NCBI GenBank assembly: GCA_023485685.1
Contig: JAMCZK010000013.1
Location: 442 to 64,441, forward strand
Length of the DNA stretch: 64,000 nucleotides
Direction: 5' to 3'
Source of the DNA: Chloroflexota bacterium
GTDB lineage: Bacteria > Chloroflexota > Anaerolineae > Anaerolineales > UBA11579
A model generated the notes under the pieces. That model was given only the letters and a program-made list of their open reading frames with translations, was not told the DNA's origin and ran no database searches. This document shows positions 37,204 through 46,323 of the stretch, piece after piece (the stretch's first letter is position 1; every line of letters starts with the position of its first letter). The translations under genes were made by a program, and so were the position numbers.

Positions 37204-38244
37204 ATGGAACGCCTTAGCGAACGCCAAAAACTGATCCTTGGATTGATTGTGAAGGATTACGTGGAATCCGCTCAGCCGGTCGGCTCGAAGCGCCTCGTCG
37301 AGCATTACGGCTTGGACGTCAGTTCGGCCACCGTGCGCAATGAGATGTTGGAACTCACCGAGAGCGGCTTCCTGCGCCAGCCGTTCACCTCCGCCGGTCG
37401 CGTGCCCACCGAAGAAGGCTTCCGCTTCTTCGTCGGAGAGCTGATGCACCGCCAGGAGCTGCCGGCTTCCACGAAACACACCATCAGCCACCAGTTCTAT
37501 CAGGCCCGCCATGAAGTTCATCAATGGATGCGGCTGGCAGCTTCCGTGCTGGCGGCCCAGGCCAAGGCGGCCTCTCTCATTACCACCCCTCAATCCCAAC
37601 AGGCACGCTTTAAACACTTGGAGCTCATTCTCACCGCCGGCCGCCAGGTGTTGATGGTGCTGGTCCTGGAGAGCGGCCAGGTGATCCAGCAAATGCTGGT
37701 GCTCAAAGACGCCTTCAGCCAGGAAAAACTGAGCAACACCGCCACTCAACTCAATGATCTGTTGCGCGGGTCGACAGCCGCCAACCTGACACCTCCTCCC
37801 GCAGACATGGGCACTTTGGCTAGCGAAATTTATCGGCTGATCAAAGGCGAGTTGCAATCCTTGGAAAAAGGCCTGGGCGGGGAGATCTATCATGATGGTT
37901 GGACCAACGTGCTCGCCGAGCCCGAATTTAGCGAATCCGATGCTGCCCAGCGCGCTCTGCGTGTTCTCGAAGAACGCCCGCTGCTGGACACGCTGCTGAC
38001 CCAAACCATGACCGGCGCCGAGATCGGCGGCGTGCAGGTACTCATCGGCGGCGAAGGCCGCTGGGAAGAATTGAATGACTTTTCGCTGGTGCTGGCGCGC
38101 TATGGCGCGCCCGAGGCCGCCAGTGGTTACGTGGGCGTGCTTGGCCCCATCCGCATGTCCTATGGCCGGGCTGTCTCCGCAGTGGATTATGTGGCCGGCC
38201 TGCTCAGCGAGATGGTGGCCGAATCCATGAGCGCTCACGATTAA
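37204..38244 (+). CDS. hrcA: Heat-inducible transcription repressor HrcA
   Basis: MERLSERQKLILGLIVKDYVESAQPVGSKRL...SSATVRNEM is the HrcA N-terminal wHTH. The track TTG 37138 lies upstream of the predicted transcription start. Confidence 0.93.
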   Translation: MERLSERQKLILGLIVKDYVESAQPVGSKRLVEHYGLDVSSATVRNEMLELTESGFLRQPFTSAGRVPTEEGFRFFVGELMHRQELPASTKHTISHQFYQARHEVHQWMRLAASVLAAQAKAASLITTPQSQQARFKHLELILTAGRQVLMVLVLESGQVIQQMLVLKDAFSQEKLSNTATQLNDLLRGSTAANLTPPPADMGTLASEIYRLIKGELQSLEKGLGGEIYHDGWTNVLAEPEFSESDAAQRALRVLEERPLLDTLLTQTMTGAEIGGVQVLIGGEGRWEELNDFSLVLARYGAPEAASGYVGVLGPIRMSYGRAVSAVDYVAGLLSEMVAESMSAHD

Positions 38245-38254
38245 ACAAGGAGAC

Positions 38255-38872
38255 TTGTTAGAGGCGGGTCCAAGACCGCCCATGATTATGATGAGCGATA
38301 AAAAAGAAGATATAGAAAAAGTAAAGGACTCGGGCGAAGAAGAAGCTCAGGCAGAAATGGTCTCCGAAGGCGGGAGCGTGGCGGAGCAACCCTCCGACGG
38401 CAAGAACGAATTGAGCGCCCTGCAAGAGAAACTCGCTGAAACCGAAGCCAAGGCTGCCGAACACCTGGATGGCTGGCAGCGCGCTCAGGCGGAGTTTTCC
38501 AATTACAAGAAACGCCTCGCCCGCGAGCAGGAGCAACAGGCCGCCGAGGTGCGCGGGCGCGTGCTCAAACGCTACCTGGAGATCGTCGACGATCTTGAGC
38601 TCGCCTTGAAAAACGCTCCGAAAGATGGCCCCGGCGCCGATTGGGCGCAGGGCATCGAATTGATTTACAAGAAACTCGTTTCCTTTTTGGAAAGCGAAGG
38701 GCTGACCCGCATGGATCCATTGGGTGAACCCTTCGATGCGAATCTGCATGAAGCTGTGACTCAAGAAGAAAGCCCCGACCATGAAAGTGGCACCATTATC
38801 GAAGTGCTGCGGCCGGGTTACCTGCTGGCTGAGCGCGTGTTGCGCCCGGCCTCTGTAAAAGTTGCGAAATAA
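38255..38872 (+). CDS. grpE: Nucleotide exchange factor GrpE
   Basis: An acidic N-terminus, a coiled coil, then the C-terminal GrpE signature (PFDANLHEAV...GYLLAERVLRPASVKV). The start is uncertain; ATG 38282-38291 are alternatives. Confidence 0.9.
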   Translation: MLEAGPRPPMIMMSDKKEDIEKVKDSGEEEAQAEMVSEGGSVAEQPSDGKNELSALQEKLAETEAKAAEHLDGWQRAQAEFSNYKKRLAREQEQQAAEVRGRVLKRYLEIVDDLELALKNAPKDGPGADWAQGIELIYKKLVSFLESEGLTRMDPLGEPFDANLHEAVTQEESPDHESGTIIEVLRPGYLLAERVLRPASVKVAK

Positions 38873-38888
38873 TTGAGGAGATATAAAC

Positions 38889-40799
38889 ATGGCAAAAATC
38901 ATCGGCATTGACCTGGGCACCACCAATTCGGTTGGCGCCGTCATGGAAGGCGGCGAACCCGTCGTAATCCCTACTGCGGAAGGCGAACGTCTCGTCCCTT
39001 CTGTGGTAGCCATCAACAAGAACGGTGAACGCATGGTGGGGCGTCAAGCGCGCAACCAGGCGGTGGTGAATCCGGAAAATACGATCTATTCCATCAAGCG
39101 CTTTATGGGACGCAAATACAACGATCCCGAAACCCGCAAGGCGCTTGATGTAGTTCCCTATCACATCGAAAAGGCCGCCAACGAAGGCATCGAAGTCGAG
39201 TTGGCTGGCAAGCGTTACACCCCGCCGGAGATCTCGGCCATGATCCTTGGCAAGATCAAGGCCGACGCCGAAGCCTATCTCGGCGAACCTGTGACCCAGG
39301 CCGTGATCACCGTCCCGGCCTACTTCAACGATGCCCAGCGCAACGCCACGAAAGATGCCGGCAAGATTGCCGGCCTCGAAGTGTTGCGCATCATCAACGA
39401 GCCCACGGCTTCCTCTCTCGCCTACGGACTCGACAAAAAGAAAAACGAGGTCATCGCCGTGTACGACCTGGGCGGTGGCACCTTCGATATTTCCATCCTC
39501 GATGTGGGCGATGGCGTCTTTCAGGTGCGCTCCACCAGCGGCGACACCTTCCTGGGCGGAGATGATTTCGACCAGCGCGTGATCAATTACCTGGCCGAAG
39601 AATTCCAAAAGGAGCAGGGCATCGACCTTCGTAAAGATCGCCAATCCCTGCAACGTTTAAAGGAAGCTGCCGAGAAAGCCAAGATCGAGCTTTCTTCCCT
39701 GCAGCAGACCGAGATCAACCTGCCCTATATCACGGCTGACGCCTCCGGCCCCAAGCACCTGGTCACCAAGCTGACCCGCGCCAAGCTGGAGCAGCTCACC
39801 GGCGATCTCATCGAGCGCACCCTGGGCCCGGTCAAGCAGGCCCTCAAGGACGCCGACCTGAAACCCAGCGATATCAATGAGATCGTACTGGTGGGCGGCA
39901 TGACCCGTATGCCCGCCGTGCAGGAAGCCGTGAGGAAGACTTTCGGCAAGGAACCGCACAAAGGCGTGAACCCCGATGAAGTGGTTGCTATCGGCGCGGC
40001 CATCCAGGCAGGTGTTCTTGGCGGCGACGTGAAGGACATCCTGCTGCTCGACGTGACCCCGCTGACCCTGTCCATCGAGACCCTGGGCGGCGTTTCCACA
40101 CCGCTGATTGAGCGCAATACCACCATCCCTACCCGCAAGAGCCAGATCTTCTCCACCGCCAGCGATAACCAGAACCAGGTGGAAGTGAACGTTCTGCAGG
40201 GCGAGCGCCCCATGGCCGTGGATAACAAGTCCCTGGGCCGCTTCAACCTGGACGGCATTCCGCCCGCGCCGCGCGGCATCCCGCAGATCGAAGTGACCTT
40301 CGACATCGACGCCAACGGCATCCTCAACGTGACCGCTTCCGATAAGGCTACCGGGCGCAGCCAGCACATCACGATCACGGCCTCCTCCGGCCTCTCCGAG
40401 GATGAGGTCGAGCGCATGCGTAAGGACGCCGAAGCCCACGCCGCCGAAGACAAGAAGCGCAAGGACTTGGTCGAGGCGCGTAATACGGGCGACTCCGCGG
40501 CGTACACCGCTGAAAAGACAGTGAAGGATCTGGGCGACAAGGTTTCCGCTGAGCGCAAGAAGGAAATCGAAGACGCGGTTGCCAAACTGCGTGGTTTGCT
40601 GCCCGGTGAAGATGCCGCTGCCATCAAATCCGCTACCGAGGCTCTAATGGAGATTGTCCAGAAGCTGGGCGCCGAGGCTTACCAGGCCGGAGCCCAGGGT
40701 CCTCAAGCCGGTGGCGGGCAGCCCGGAGGCGAGCAAAAACCCGGTGGCGATGGCAAGGGCGGCGAAGATGTGGTGGAGGGGGAGTTTAAAGAGGCGTAA
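38889..40799 (+). CDS. dnaK: Molecular chaperone DnaK (Hsp70)
   Basis: 636 aa. Motifs [18 protein letters not shown] and [10 protein letters not shown], with a Gly-rich C-terminus. Confidence 0.98.
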   Translation: MAKIIGIDLGTTNSVGAVMEGGEPVVIPTAEGERLVPSVVAINKNGERMVGRQARNQAVVNPENTIYSIKRFMGRKYNDPETRKALDVVPYHIEKAANEGIEVELAGKRYTPPEISAMILGKIKADAEAYLGEPVTQAVITVPAYFNDAQRNATKDAGKIAGLEVLRIINEPTASSLAYGLDKKKNEVIAVYDLGGGTFDISILDVGDGVFQVRSTSGDTFLGGDDFDQRVINYLAEEFQKEQGIDLRKDRQSLQRLKEAAEKAKIELSSLQQTEINLPYITADASGPKHLVTKLTRAKLEQLTGDLIERTLGPVKQALKDADLKPSDINEIVLVGGMTRMPAVQEAVRKTFGKEPHKGVNPDEVVAIGAAIQAGVLGGDVKDILLLDVTPLTLSIETLGGVSTPLIERNTTIPTRKSQIFSTASDNQNQVEVNVLQGERPMAVDNKSLGRFNLDGIPPAPRGIPQIEVTFDIDANGILNVTASDKATGRSQHITITASSGLSEDEVERMRKDAEAHAAEDKKRKDLVEARNTGDSAAYTAEKTVKDLGDKVSAERKKEIEDAVAKLRGLLPGEDAAAIKSATEALMEIVQKLGAEAYQAGAQGPQAGGGQPGGEQKPGGDGKGGEDVVEGEFKEA

Positions 40800-40804
40800 T
40801 TCCA

Positions 40805-40868
40805 TATTGCGTATTGCGTATTACGTAATACGCAATACGTAATACGTAATACGTAATACGTAATACGA
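40805..40868. repeat. Palindromic array of nine 7-nt units (ATTGCGT x2, ATTACGT | AATACGC, AATACGT x4, AATACGA) in the dnaK-dnaJ spacer
   Basis: Perfect 30-nt palindrome at 40810-40839, centred on tacgta. It extends to about 20 bp per arm if one G-U pair is allowed, and extra right-arm units follow. Confidence 0.85.
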
Positions 40869-40874
40869 GTCACC

Positions 40875-41999
40875 TTGCCTAGTAAACGCGACTATTACGA
40901 CATTCTCGGTGTTCACCGTTCCGCCTCGCCGGAGGAGATCAAATCATCCTTCCGGCGTTTGGCGCGCCAGTATCACCCTGACGTCAATAAATCCCACGAC
41001 GCCGAAGAGCGCTTTAAGGAAATCAACGAAGCTTACGCGGTATTAGCCGACCCGCAGAAGCGCGCCGCCTACGACCGTTACGGCCACGCCGGTCTGAATG
41101 GTTTTGGCGGCATGCCCGATTTCACTAACGTGGACCTGGGCGACATCTTCGAAGAATTGTTCGGCTTCGGCTTTGGCCGCCGCTCCGGGCGCCAGCAGCG
41201 CAATGCGCCCCGCCGCGGCGCCGATCTGCAATACAACTTGACCCTCGATTTCGAAGAAGCCGTATTCGGCGTTGAGAAAGAGGTGGAATTCACCCGCGAC
41301 GAAGTCTGCAAGCGCTGCGATGGCGAAGGCGCCGAGCCCGGTACGACTAAATCGAACTGTCCCACCTGCGGCGGCAGCGGCGAAGTGCGCGCTTCGCGCC
41401 AAACGATTTTTGGTTCCATGGTGCAGGTGACCACTTGTCCTAACTGCCGCGGCACGGGCACCATCATTGGCTCTCCCTGCAAAGTTTGCAATGGTCGTGG
41501 CTTGGAACGAAAAACAGTAAAAAAGAAAGTGGATATCCCCGCGGGTGTTGACAGCGGTACTCAAGTACGGCTGAATGGGGAAGGGCAGCCCGGTCTCAAC
41601 GGCGGCCCGCAAGGCGATCTGTACATCGCGCTCAATGTGCGCCCGCACAAATATTTCCATCGCCGCGACGATGACATTTTGCTGGACCTGGACATTAACG
41701 TGGCGCAGGCTACCTTAGGCGGCGAGGTGGAAGTGCCTACTGTGGACGGACCCGCCGAACTCAGCATCCCCGTCGGCGTACAGCCCGGCAAAGTATTGCG
41801 CATGCGCGGCAAAGGCGTGCCGCACCTGCGCGGCTCCGGCCGCGGTGACCAATTGGTCATGGTCAATGTCGCCATCCCGCACAAACTTAACGCCGAACAG
41901 CGCAAGCTCTTCGAGCAGCTCGCCGCCACCATGGGCACCGAAGCTCACCCGCGCGAAAGCGGATTCTTGGACCGATTGAGAGAAGTGTTGGGGGGATAA
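40875..41999 (+). CDS. dnaJ: Co-chaperone DnaJ (Hsp40)
   Basis: J-domain (DYYDILGV...HPD), a G/F region and four CxxCxGxG zinc motifs. TTG start. Confidence 0.95.
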   Translation: MPSKRDYYDILGVHRSASPEEIKSSFRRLARQYHPDVNKSHDAEERFKEINEAYAVLADPQKRAAYDRYGHAGLNGFGGMPDFTNVDLGDIFEELFGFGFGRRSGRQQRNAPRRGADLQYNLTLDFEEAVFGVEKEVEFTRDEVCKRCDGEGAEPGTTKSNCPTCGGSGEVRASRQTIFGSMVQVTTCPNCRGTGTIIGSPCKVCNGRGLERKTVKKKVDIPAGVDSGTQVRLNGEGQPGLNGGPQGDLYIALNVRPHKYFHRRDDDILLDLDINVAQATLGGEVEVPTVDGPAELSIPVGVQPGKVLRMRGKGVPHLRGSGRGDQLVMVNVAIPHKLNAEQRKLFEQLAATMGTEAHPRESGFLDRLREVLGG

Positions 42000-42020
42000 T
42001 CTGGGACTTCATGGCAGTAG

Positions 42021-42057
42021 AAAAAAAAGGCGTAATTTTATTTGCGCCTGTTTTTTT
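42021..42057. terminator. Weak bidirectional terminator between dnaJ and the convergent CHAP-like gene
   Basis: A8, then aggcg, a 12-nt loop, cgcct, then gT7. The stem is short, so confidence is moderate. Confidence 0.45.
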
Positions 42058-42075
42058 GTTAGGGATCTAATTCGG

Positions 42076-42771
42076 CTATGGGAAAAGTCTCCAAAAACTT
42101 ACTGGGTTGCCGGACGGTACAAAGATCGTGCCTAAAGCCACGTTGTTACAGCCTGCCATCGTACGGAAGGTGTTGTCAAATGAATAGAGAGTCCCGTTTT
42201 CTATGATGGACAAACGGTTGCCATTCTCATCAACATCATAATCATTGTCCCAATTTGCACTTTCCATTGAGATCCTCCACCCTTCAATTGTTTTGCCCTC
42301 GATTGTCGCAGTTGTATACTTGGCCGAGTTCACAATCCCTATATGGCCTGCACCATAGCCGATATTGGTAATCAATCGCGAATAAGTTCCATCTCTGAAT
42401 TGCACATAAACTCTCGCCTCGGATTGCATAATAATTACATCGCCAGCTTGCGCGGTGGCGGTGTGTGAGCCAGTTGGATCAGGAGTTTCCAAAGTGCCTC
42501 CAACCTGATATCGCTGCAGGCCACTGTTCTTGGGAATAACCGAATCATTCGACCAATAATCAGCAGTGGCCATTTCCTCGGCGGTATCCCAACTGTGCCC
42601 TGCAATGGCGGGACGAGCCCCACCAATATCATAGAACAGCTTGTTTACCACGTATTCAACACACTGACACCGAGCGGCATCTTGTTTGGCATTTACGTTT
42701 GATGGGATTAAAAGTAAAAGTAATAATGCAATCAATATTACAGTTTTGGTCGGTTTTATTGTATTTTTCAT
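42076..42771 (-). CDS. Secreted CHAP-like cysteine amidase/peptidase domain protein (tentative)
   Basis: Signal peptide, then a Cys context ARCQCVEYVV and a His context GAGHIGIV preceded by GDVIIM, as in CHAP domains. The gene is visibly AT-rich relative to its neighbours. Confidence 0.5.
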   Translation of the reverse strand: MKNTIKPTKTVILIALLLLLLIPSNVNAKQDAARCQCVEYVVNKLFYDIGGARPAIAGHSWDTAEEMATADYWSNDSVIPKNSGLQRYQVGGTLETPDPTGSHTATAQAGDVIIMQSEARVYVQFRDGTYSRLITNIGYGAGHIGIVNSAKYTTATIEGKTIEGWRISMESANWDNDYDVDENGNRLSIIENGTLYSFDNTFRTMAGCNNVALGTIFVPSGNPVSFWRLFP

Positions 42772-43020
42772 TTCTTTCCCTTCCTTTCATTGTTGTTAAG
42801 AGGGACACAGAAGAGGTTACTACTGTTTTAGCGGAAAGTAAATACCGACTTAGCACATTCTTTCGTGTGCGCGTACGGCGTAGCCGCTAATTGCGCGCGG
42901 AAACTTCCATATAACCTCGTTCCGCAGACCCTTCTCGCCTAAAAAACACAAATTGACCCAATACCAGAAAAAAACGTTCATGGGGGTATCCAAGGCACAC
43001 AGCTTGATTTCAGTTTATCC

Positions 43021-43049
43021 TTGACATAGAACAACAGTTCTATTGTTAT
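43021..43049 (+). promoter_or_regulatory. Promoter of the PolB cassette
   Basis: Perfect TTGACA (43021-43026), a 17-nt spacer, then TGTTAT (43044-43049). A 7-bp inverted repeat tctctag-cc-ctagaga (43049-43064) abuts the start codon. Confidence 0.5.
43027..43042 (+). promoter_or_regulatory. LexA (SOS) box of the Gram-positive / Dehalococcoides type
   Basis: TAGAAC-AACA-GTTCTA is a perfect GAAC-N4-GTTC palindrome. It occupies the -35/-10 spacer. Confidence 0.7.
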
Positions 43050-43063
43050 CTCTAGCCCTAGAG

Positions 43064-43654
43064 ATGGCTAGCCAGGCGATCATCCAAATTCCCGGCCCGT
43101 TTGCGTTTTCCAGCGTGCGCCAGATGGTGCCGCTGAGCCAGGGATCGGTATATCTATTCCAGGGGGATAGCGACGTCCTGCAGGCTGCCATGCAGGAGTT
43201 TATCGACCGCCTGGGGATGCGCGGGGCAGTCCAAGTGGTCGTCGGCGGCAACCGCATCTCCTTCGACCATTTGCCGCTGATTCTTGGGGACCAGATCGGC
43301 AGGGTCTACGAGATCATGGACCGCATCCTGGTTTCGCGTGCGGAAACCTGCTATCAAATGCAGGATGTGCTTGCTGCTTTGGAGCCCAGCCCAATACCCA
43401 TCGTGATCACGGACATGCTGGAATCCTTCTATGAAGAAGATCTGACCCCTCAAGAAGTAACTCTCTTGTTGCAAAAGTGCATCAGGCACATTCATAAACT
43501 TAGTGAGGCAGCGCCCGTTCTCATCAGTGCGTGCGGCGATCCTTCTCGTCCCAAGCTGCTTGAGTTGATCGAACAAAACTCGGACGAGCGCTTTTACTTC
43601 CAGCCCTTTGATCATGCCGATGATCTGGTTCAGGTGAATTTGCCGGGAATCTGA
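43064..43654 (+). CDS. RecA-superfamily-like protein lacking a P-loop (ImuA/SulA-like architecture, tentative)
   Basis: 196 aa from ATG 43064; the track TTG 43043 lies inside the -10 region. VYLFQGDSDVLQAAM sits where a Walker A would be, and a Walker-B-like strand IPIVITDMLESF follows. The fold call comes from pattern reading only. Confidence 0.45.
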   Translation: MASQAIIQIPGPFAFSSVRQMVPLSQGSVYLFQGDSDVLQAAMQEFIDRLGMRGAVQVVVGGNRISFDHLPLILGDQIGRVYEIMDRILVSRAETCYQMQDVLAALEPSPIPIVITDMLESFYEEDLTPQEVTLLLQKCIRHIHKLSEAAPVLISACGDPSRPKLLELIEQNSDERFYFQPFDHADDLVQVNLPGI

Positions 43655-43655
43655 A

Positions 43656-44012
43656 ATGGGTCATACGCTTTCGACTGTCACTCAGAATTATCAGCGTTTC
43701 TTGACATACGTGCGGCCCTTCCGACGGGCATTGCGCAAGTCCGACCAGTTGGCGCTGGATGCCTTGCTCGATGAAGCCAATCAGCATTTGCCCGCCGCCG
43801 GTTACGCGGCCAACCTGCTGCCTGGGATCGCCTTCTTGCTTTCCTTGTTGCTGGAAAAACACAAACAGGCAGTGCAGCTTGAAGCTGAACTCGAGAACCA
43901 ACGAATGGATTTCAGGCGTGAGCTGGAAAAAAATCGGAAGGAATTTGCCGCCGAACTTGCCAAACTGCGCACAGAGATCTTCTTGCTTAAGGGCAGCCCC
44001 AATGGCCACTGA
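43656..44012 (+). CDS. 118-aa helical/coiled-coil protein, no recognised family
   Basis: Starts 1 nt after the upstream stop, and its stop overlaps the PolB start by 11 nt. The C-terminal half (QLEAELENQRMDFRRELEKNRKEFAAELAKLRTE) is coiled-coil-like. Confidence 0.6.
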   Translation: MGHTLSTVTQNYQRFLTYVRPFRRALRKSDQLALDALLDEANQHLPAAGYAANLLPGIAFLLSLLLEKHKQAVQLEAELENQRMDFRRELEKNRKEFAAELAKLRTEIFLLKGSPNGH

Positions 44013-46323
44013 ATATTCAGGCTGGATTATGGATGTTTACGCCGACAAAGGTAAGGGCGCCGTGGTCTGGTTCGTTTGCGAGGATGGGCGCCGTCTGCGG
44101 TTTATCCAGGATCTGGCGATCACCTTTTATGTAGGTGGTGATCAGCACGACCTGCGACGATTCTGTGAATACCTAACCAGGTCCCGCTTGCGATTTGAGT
44201 ACATCGAACGCGAGCACCTTTTCCATGGAATGATTGATGTGATCGCCATCCCCGTTCGCAACGGCGCATTGCAGCGATCTTTGTTCCGCAAATTGCATAA
44301 TGTGTTTCCGGATTTGGATTACTACAATGCGGATATTGCTTTGCCGGTTCATTACTTCGTCATCACCAAAACATTTCCCCTCGCCTTCTCCAAAATCTGG
44401 GTGGACGGTCAAAATCGAATTTCCAAAATTTCGGTGCAAGACGACAAATGGGATCTCAAACCCAAGCTCCCTGAACACTTAGTGCGAAAGATGGACGTGG
44501 AACCCACCAGCTCACCCCTTAAATCCTTGCCCTCATCGATCCGCGTCACTTTCGGCAACCAAACAGAAACTATCAGCACAGCAGATCCTGCGAAGTTGCT
44601 GAGGCATTTCGGTGAGTGGATCGAAGTCTATGATCCGGACATCGTTCGCACTCGTTATGGGGATGCCTGGATGTTTCCTTACCTTTTTTCCATCGCGAAG
44701 ACAACCAATATTCCTTTCAACCCCAATCGCGACAAGTCGCGGCAACCTCTACGGATTGAAGCTAATCAGTTTGAAAGCTACGGCCACCTGGTGCATCGGG
44801 ACCAGCAGACTTTGCTTTTTGGTCGCCTTCACCTGGATCCGCAGAACTCAATGGCCTTCAAAGACTGGGGGCTCTTGGGCACTTACGAGACCGCACGCTT
44901 GAGCAATCTTCCGATCCAAAACGCGGCGCGGCGCAGCGCGGGCGGCGCCTTTGTGGGCATGCAGGTGACTGCATCGCTGGAGAAGGGCATCCTGATCCCG
45001 ATTCGCAAAGAACAGCGCGAGCGCTTTAAGAGCGCCACACAAATGATCGCTGCCGATAACGGTGGCGTCATCTTCAAACCGATCACTGGCCTGCATGCCA
45101 ATGTTGCGGAGATCGATTTCTTTTCCATGTATCCGCATATCATGACGGGTTGGAATATTTCCGCGGAAACCGTGGGTGGGATGGGTGCAAACACTCGAAT
45201 TGCGCCAGGCATTGGTGTGCCGATAAACCAGGATGAACCCGGCATTGTGGCGGATGTGCTCAGGCCGATCCTGGCCAAACGTGCCGCGGCTAAAGACCTG
45301 CTGGAAACTGGCAACACTCAAGGCTATGACGAAAATTACCTTCAGACAGCTTACGAATTCTTGAAGGGCCTAGGCTGGGTCTCGTATGGCTATCAAGGCT
45401 TCAGCGGCAACCGCATCGGCAGCATCGAAGCCCACGAAGTGATCAATGCCGTAAGCCGCGATGTGATTCTGCTTGCCAAGGAGGCCGCTGAGGACGCCGG
45501 CTTTGAAGTGCTGCATATCTATGTGGATAGCTTATTTGCAAAAGTGGAAGGAAGAAGTAGAGCGCAAATAAACGAATTGTTGGCCGAGATCAAGAATCGC
45601 ACCGGCTTGAAGGTGGATCTGGAGGGCATACTGCGCTGGATTGCCTTCCTGCCGTCCAAGCAGAACGAGAGCCTGCCTGTGCCGAATTGCTATTTTGGCG
45701 TCTTTGAAAGCGGAGAACTGAAATGCCGCGGCATCATGGCTCGCCGGGGTGACACACCCTTATACATTGCTGATGTGCAAATGGCTGCGATCCGCCTGAT
45801 GGCTGCAAAACAGGATTTAGTCGAACTGCGTAAGCTCATCCCGGAATTAGTGGAGTTCTTTAAATCACGTTACAAAAAGATCGCAAATGGGGAGGTTCCG
45901 CTGGAAAAGCTGGTGATCTCGCAAACATTAAGCCGCAACATCGAAGATTTTAGGGTTATCTCTCCCGCCAGTGCAGCTGCCCGCCAATTGGAGAAAGAAG
46001 GCAAGGTTATCCGTGCCGGGCAAAATGTGGAATTCATTCGTGTGCGGGATGTGCCACATTCGCTTTCCTGGCACCTGGTGCGCGAAGACCAAAAGCCGAA
46101 TCTAGACACGGACTGGTATTGTGAGCAGCTATTGCGTGCTGCAGATGAGGTGCTTTCGCCGCTTGGGGTGCCAAAGGATGTTCTATTAGCCTGGTTTACT
46201 GACCAAGGCGCCTACTGGATACCTGAGGATTATGTGGACAATACGCCTATCACCTGGCCATTGTTGGAAGTCATTAAACGACGATCGAGGATCAGCAATA
46301 TTCGGGTGCCCGCGAAGTTATAG
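44002..46323 (+). CDS. Divergent family-B DNA polymerase with degenerate 3'-5' exonuclease motifs
   Basis: 773 aa from ATG 44002. N-terminus IMDVYADKGKGAVVWF resembles PolB. Motif A is EIDFFSMYPHI, motif B KGLGWVSYG and motif C IYVDSLF (not YGDTDS), with CRGIMARRGD downstream. Exo I is MDVEP, Exo II GDAWMFPYL and Exo III YETAR. Confidence 0.85.
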   Translation: MATEYSGWIMDVYADKGKGAVVWFVCEDGRRLRFIQDLAITFYVGGDQHDLRRFCEYLTRSRLRFEYIEREHLFHGMIDVIAIPVRNGALQRSLFRKLHNVFPDLDYYNADIALPVHYFVITKTFPLAFSKIWVDGQNRISKISVQDDKWDLKPKLPEHLVRKMDVEPTSSPLKSLPSSIRVTFGNQTETISTADPAKLLRHFGEWIEVYDPDIVRTRYGDAWMFPYLFSIAKTTNIPFNPNRDKSRQPLRIEANQFESYGHLVHRDQQTLLFGRLHLDPQNSMAFKDWGLLGTYETARLSNLPIQNAARRSAGGAFVGMQVTASLEKGILIPIRKEQRERFKSATQMIAADNGGVIFKPITGLHANVAEIDFFSMYPHIMTGWNISAETVGGMGANTRIAPGIGVPINQDEPGIVADVLRPILAKRAAAKDLLETGNTQGYDENYLQTAYEFLKGLGWVSYGYQGFSGNRIGSIEAHEVINAVSRDVILLAKEAAEDAGFEVLHIYVDSLFAKVEGRSRAQINELLAEIKNRTGLKVDLEGILRWIAFLPSKQNESLPVPNCYFGVFESGELKCRGIMARRGDTPLYIADVQMAAIRLMAAKQDLVELRKLIPELVEFFKSRYKKIANGEVPLEKLVISQTLSRNIEDFRVISPASAAARQLEKEGKVIRAGQNVEFIRVRDVPHSLSWHLVREDQKPNLDTDWYCEQLLRAADEVLSPLGVPKDVLLAWFTDQGAYWIPEDYVDNTPITWPLLEVIKRRSRISNIRVPAKL

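Noticed and set aside
37186-40627. Long minus-strand ORFs (365, 258, 285, 260 and 300 aa) opposite hrcA, grpE and dnaK
   Set aside because: They lie antisense to unambiguous heat-shock genes. Their Gly/Ala/Arg-rich composition is typical of GC-rich antisense frames. No start context or known motifs were found.
40805-40868. Possible CRISPR array or minisatellite between dnaK and dnaJ
   Set aside because: The units are only 7 nt long and contiguous, with no spacers, and no cas genes are present. It is better described as a palindromic short-period array.
43759-44001. N-terminal 81-codon extension of the PolB ORF given in the ORF track
   Set aside because: The extension overlaps the whole 118-aa gene in another frame and translates to a Cys/Pro-rich, non-protein-like sequence. 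The PolB-like N-terminus begins at ATG 44002.
44272-44286. QRSLF pentapeptide in PolB as a beta-clamp binding motif (consensus QL[SD]LF)
   Set aside because: It lies inside the folded N-terminal domain rather than at a terminus or in a linker, and a single pentapeptide match is expected by chance. It is worth a look in a structure model only.
42076-46323. Casposon, pipolin or prophage remnant, suggested by a PolB next to a lytic-enzyme-like gene
   Set aside because: No Cas1, integrase, terminal inverted repeats, terminal-protein gene or phage structural genes are present. The PolB lacks obvious protein-primed (TPR1/TPR2) insertions as far as can be judged by eye.
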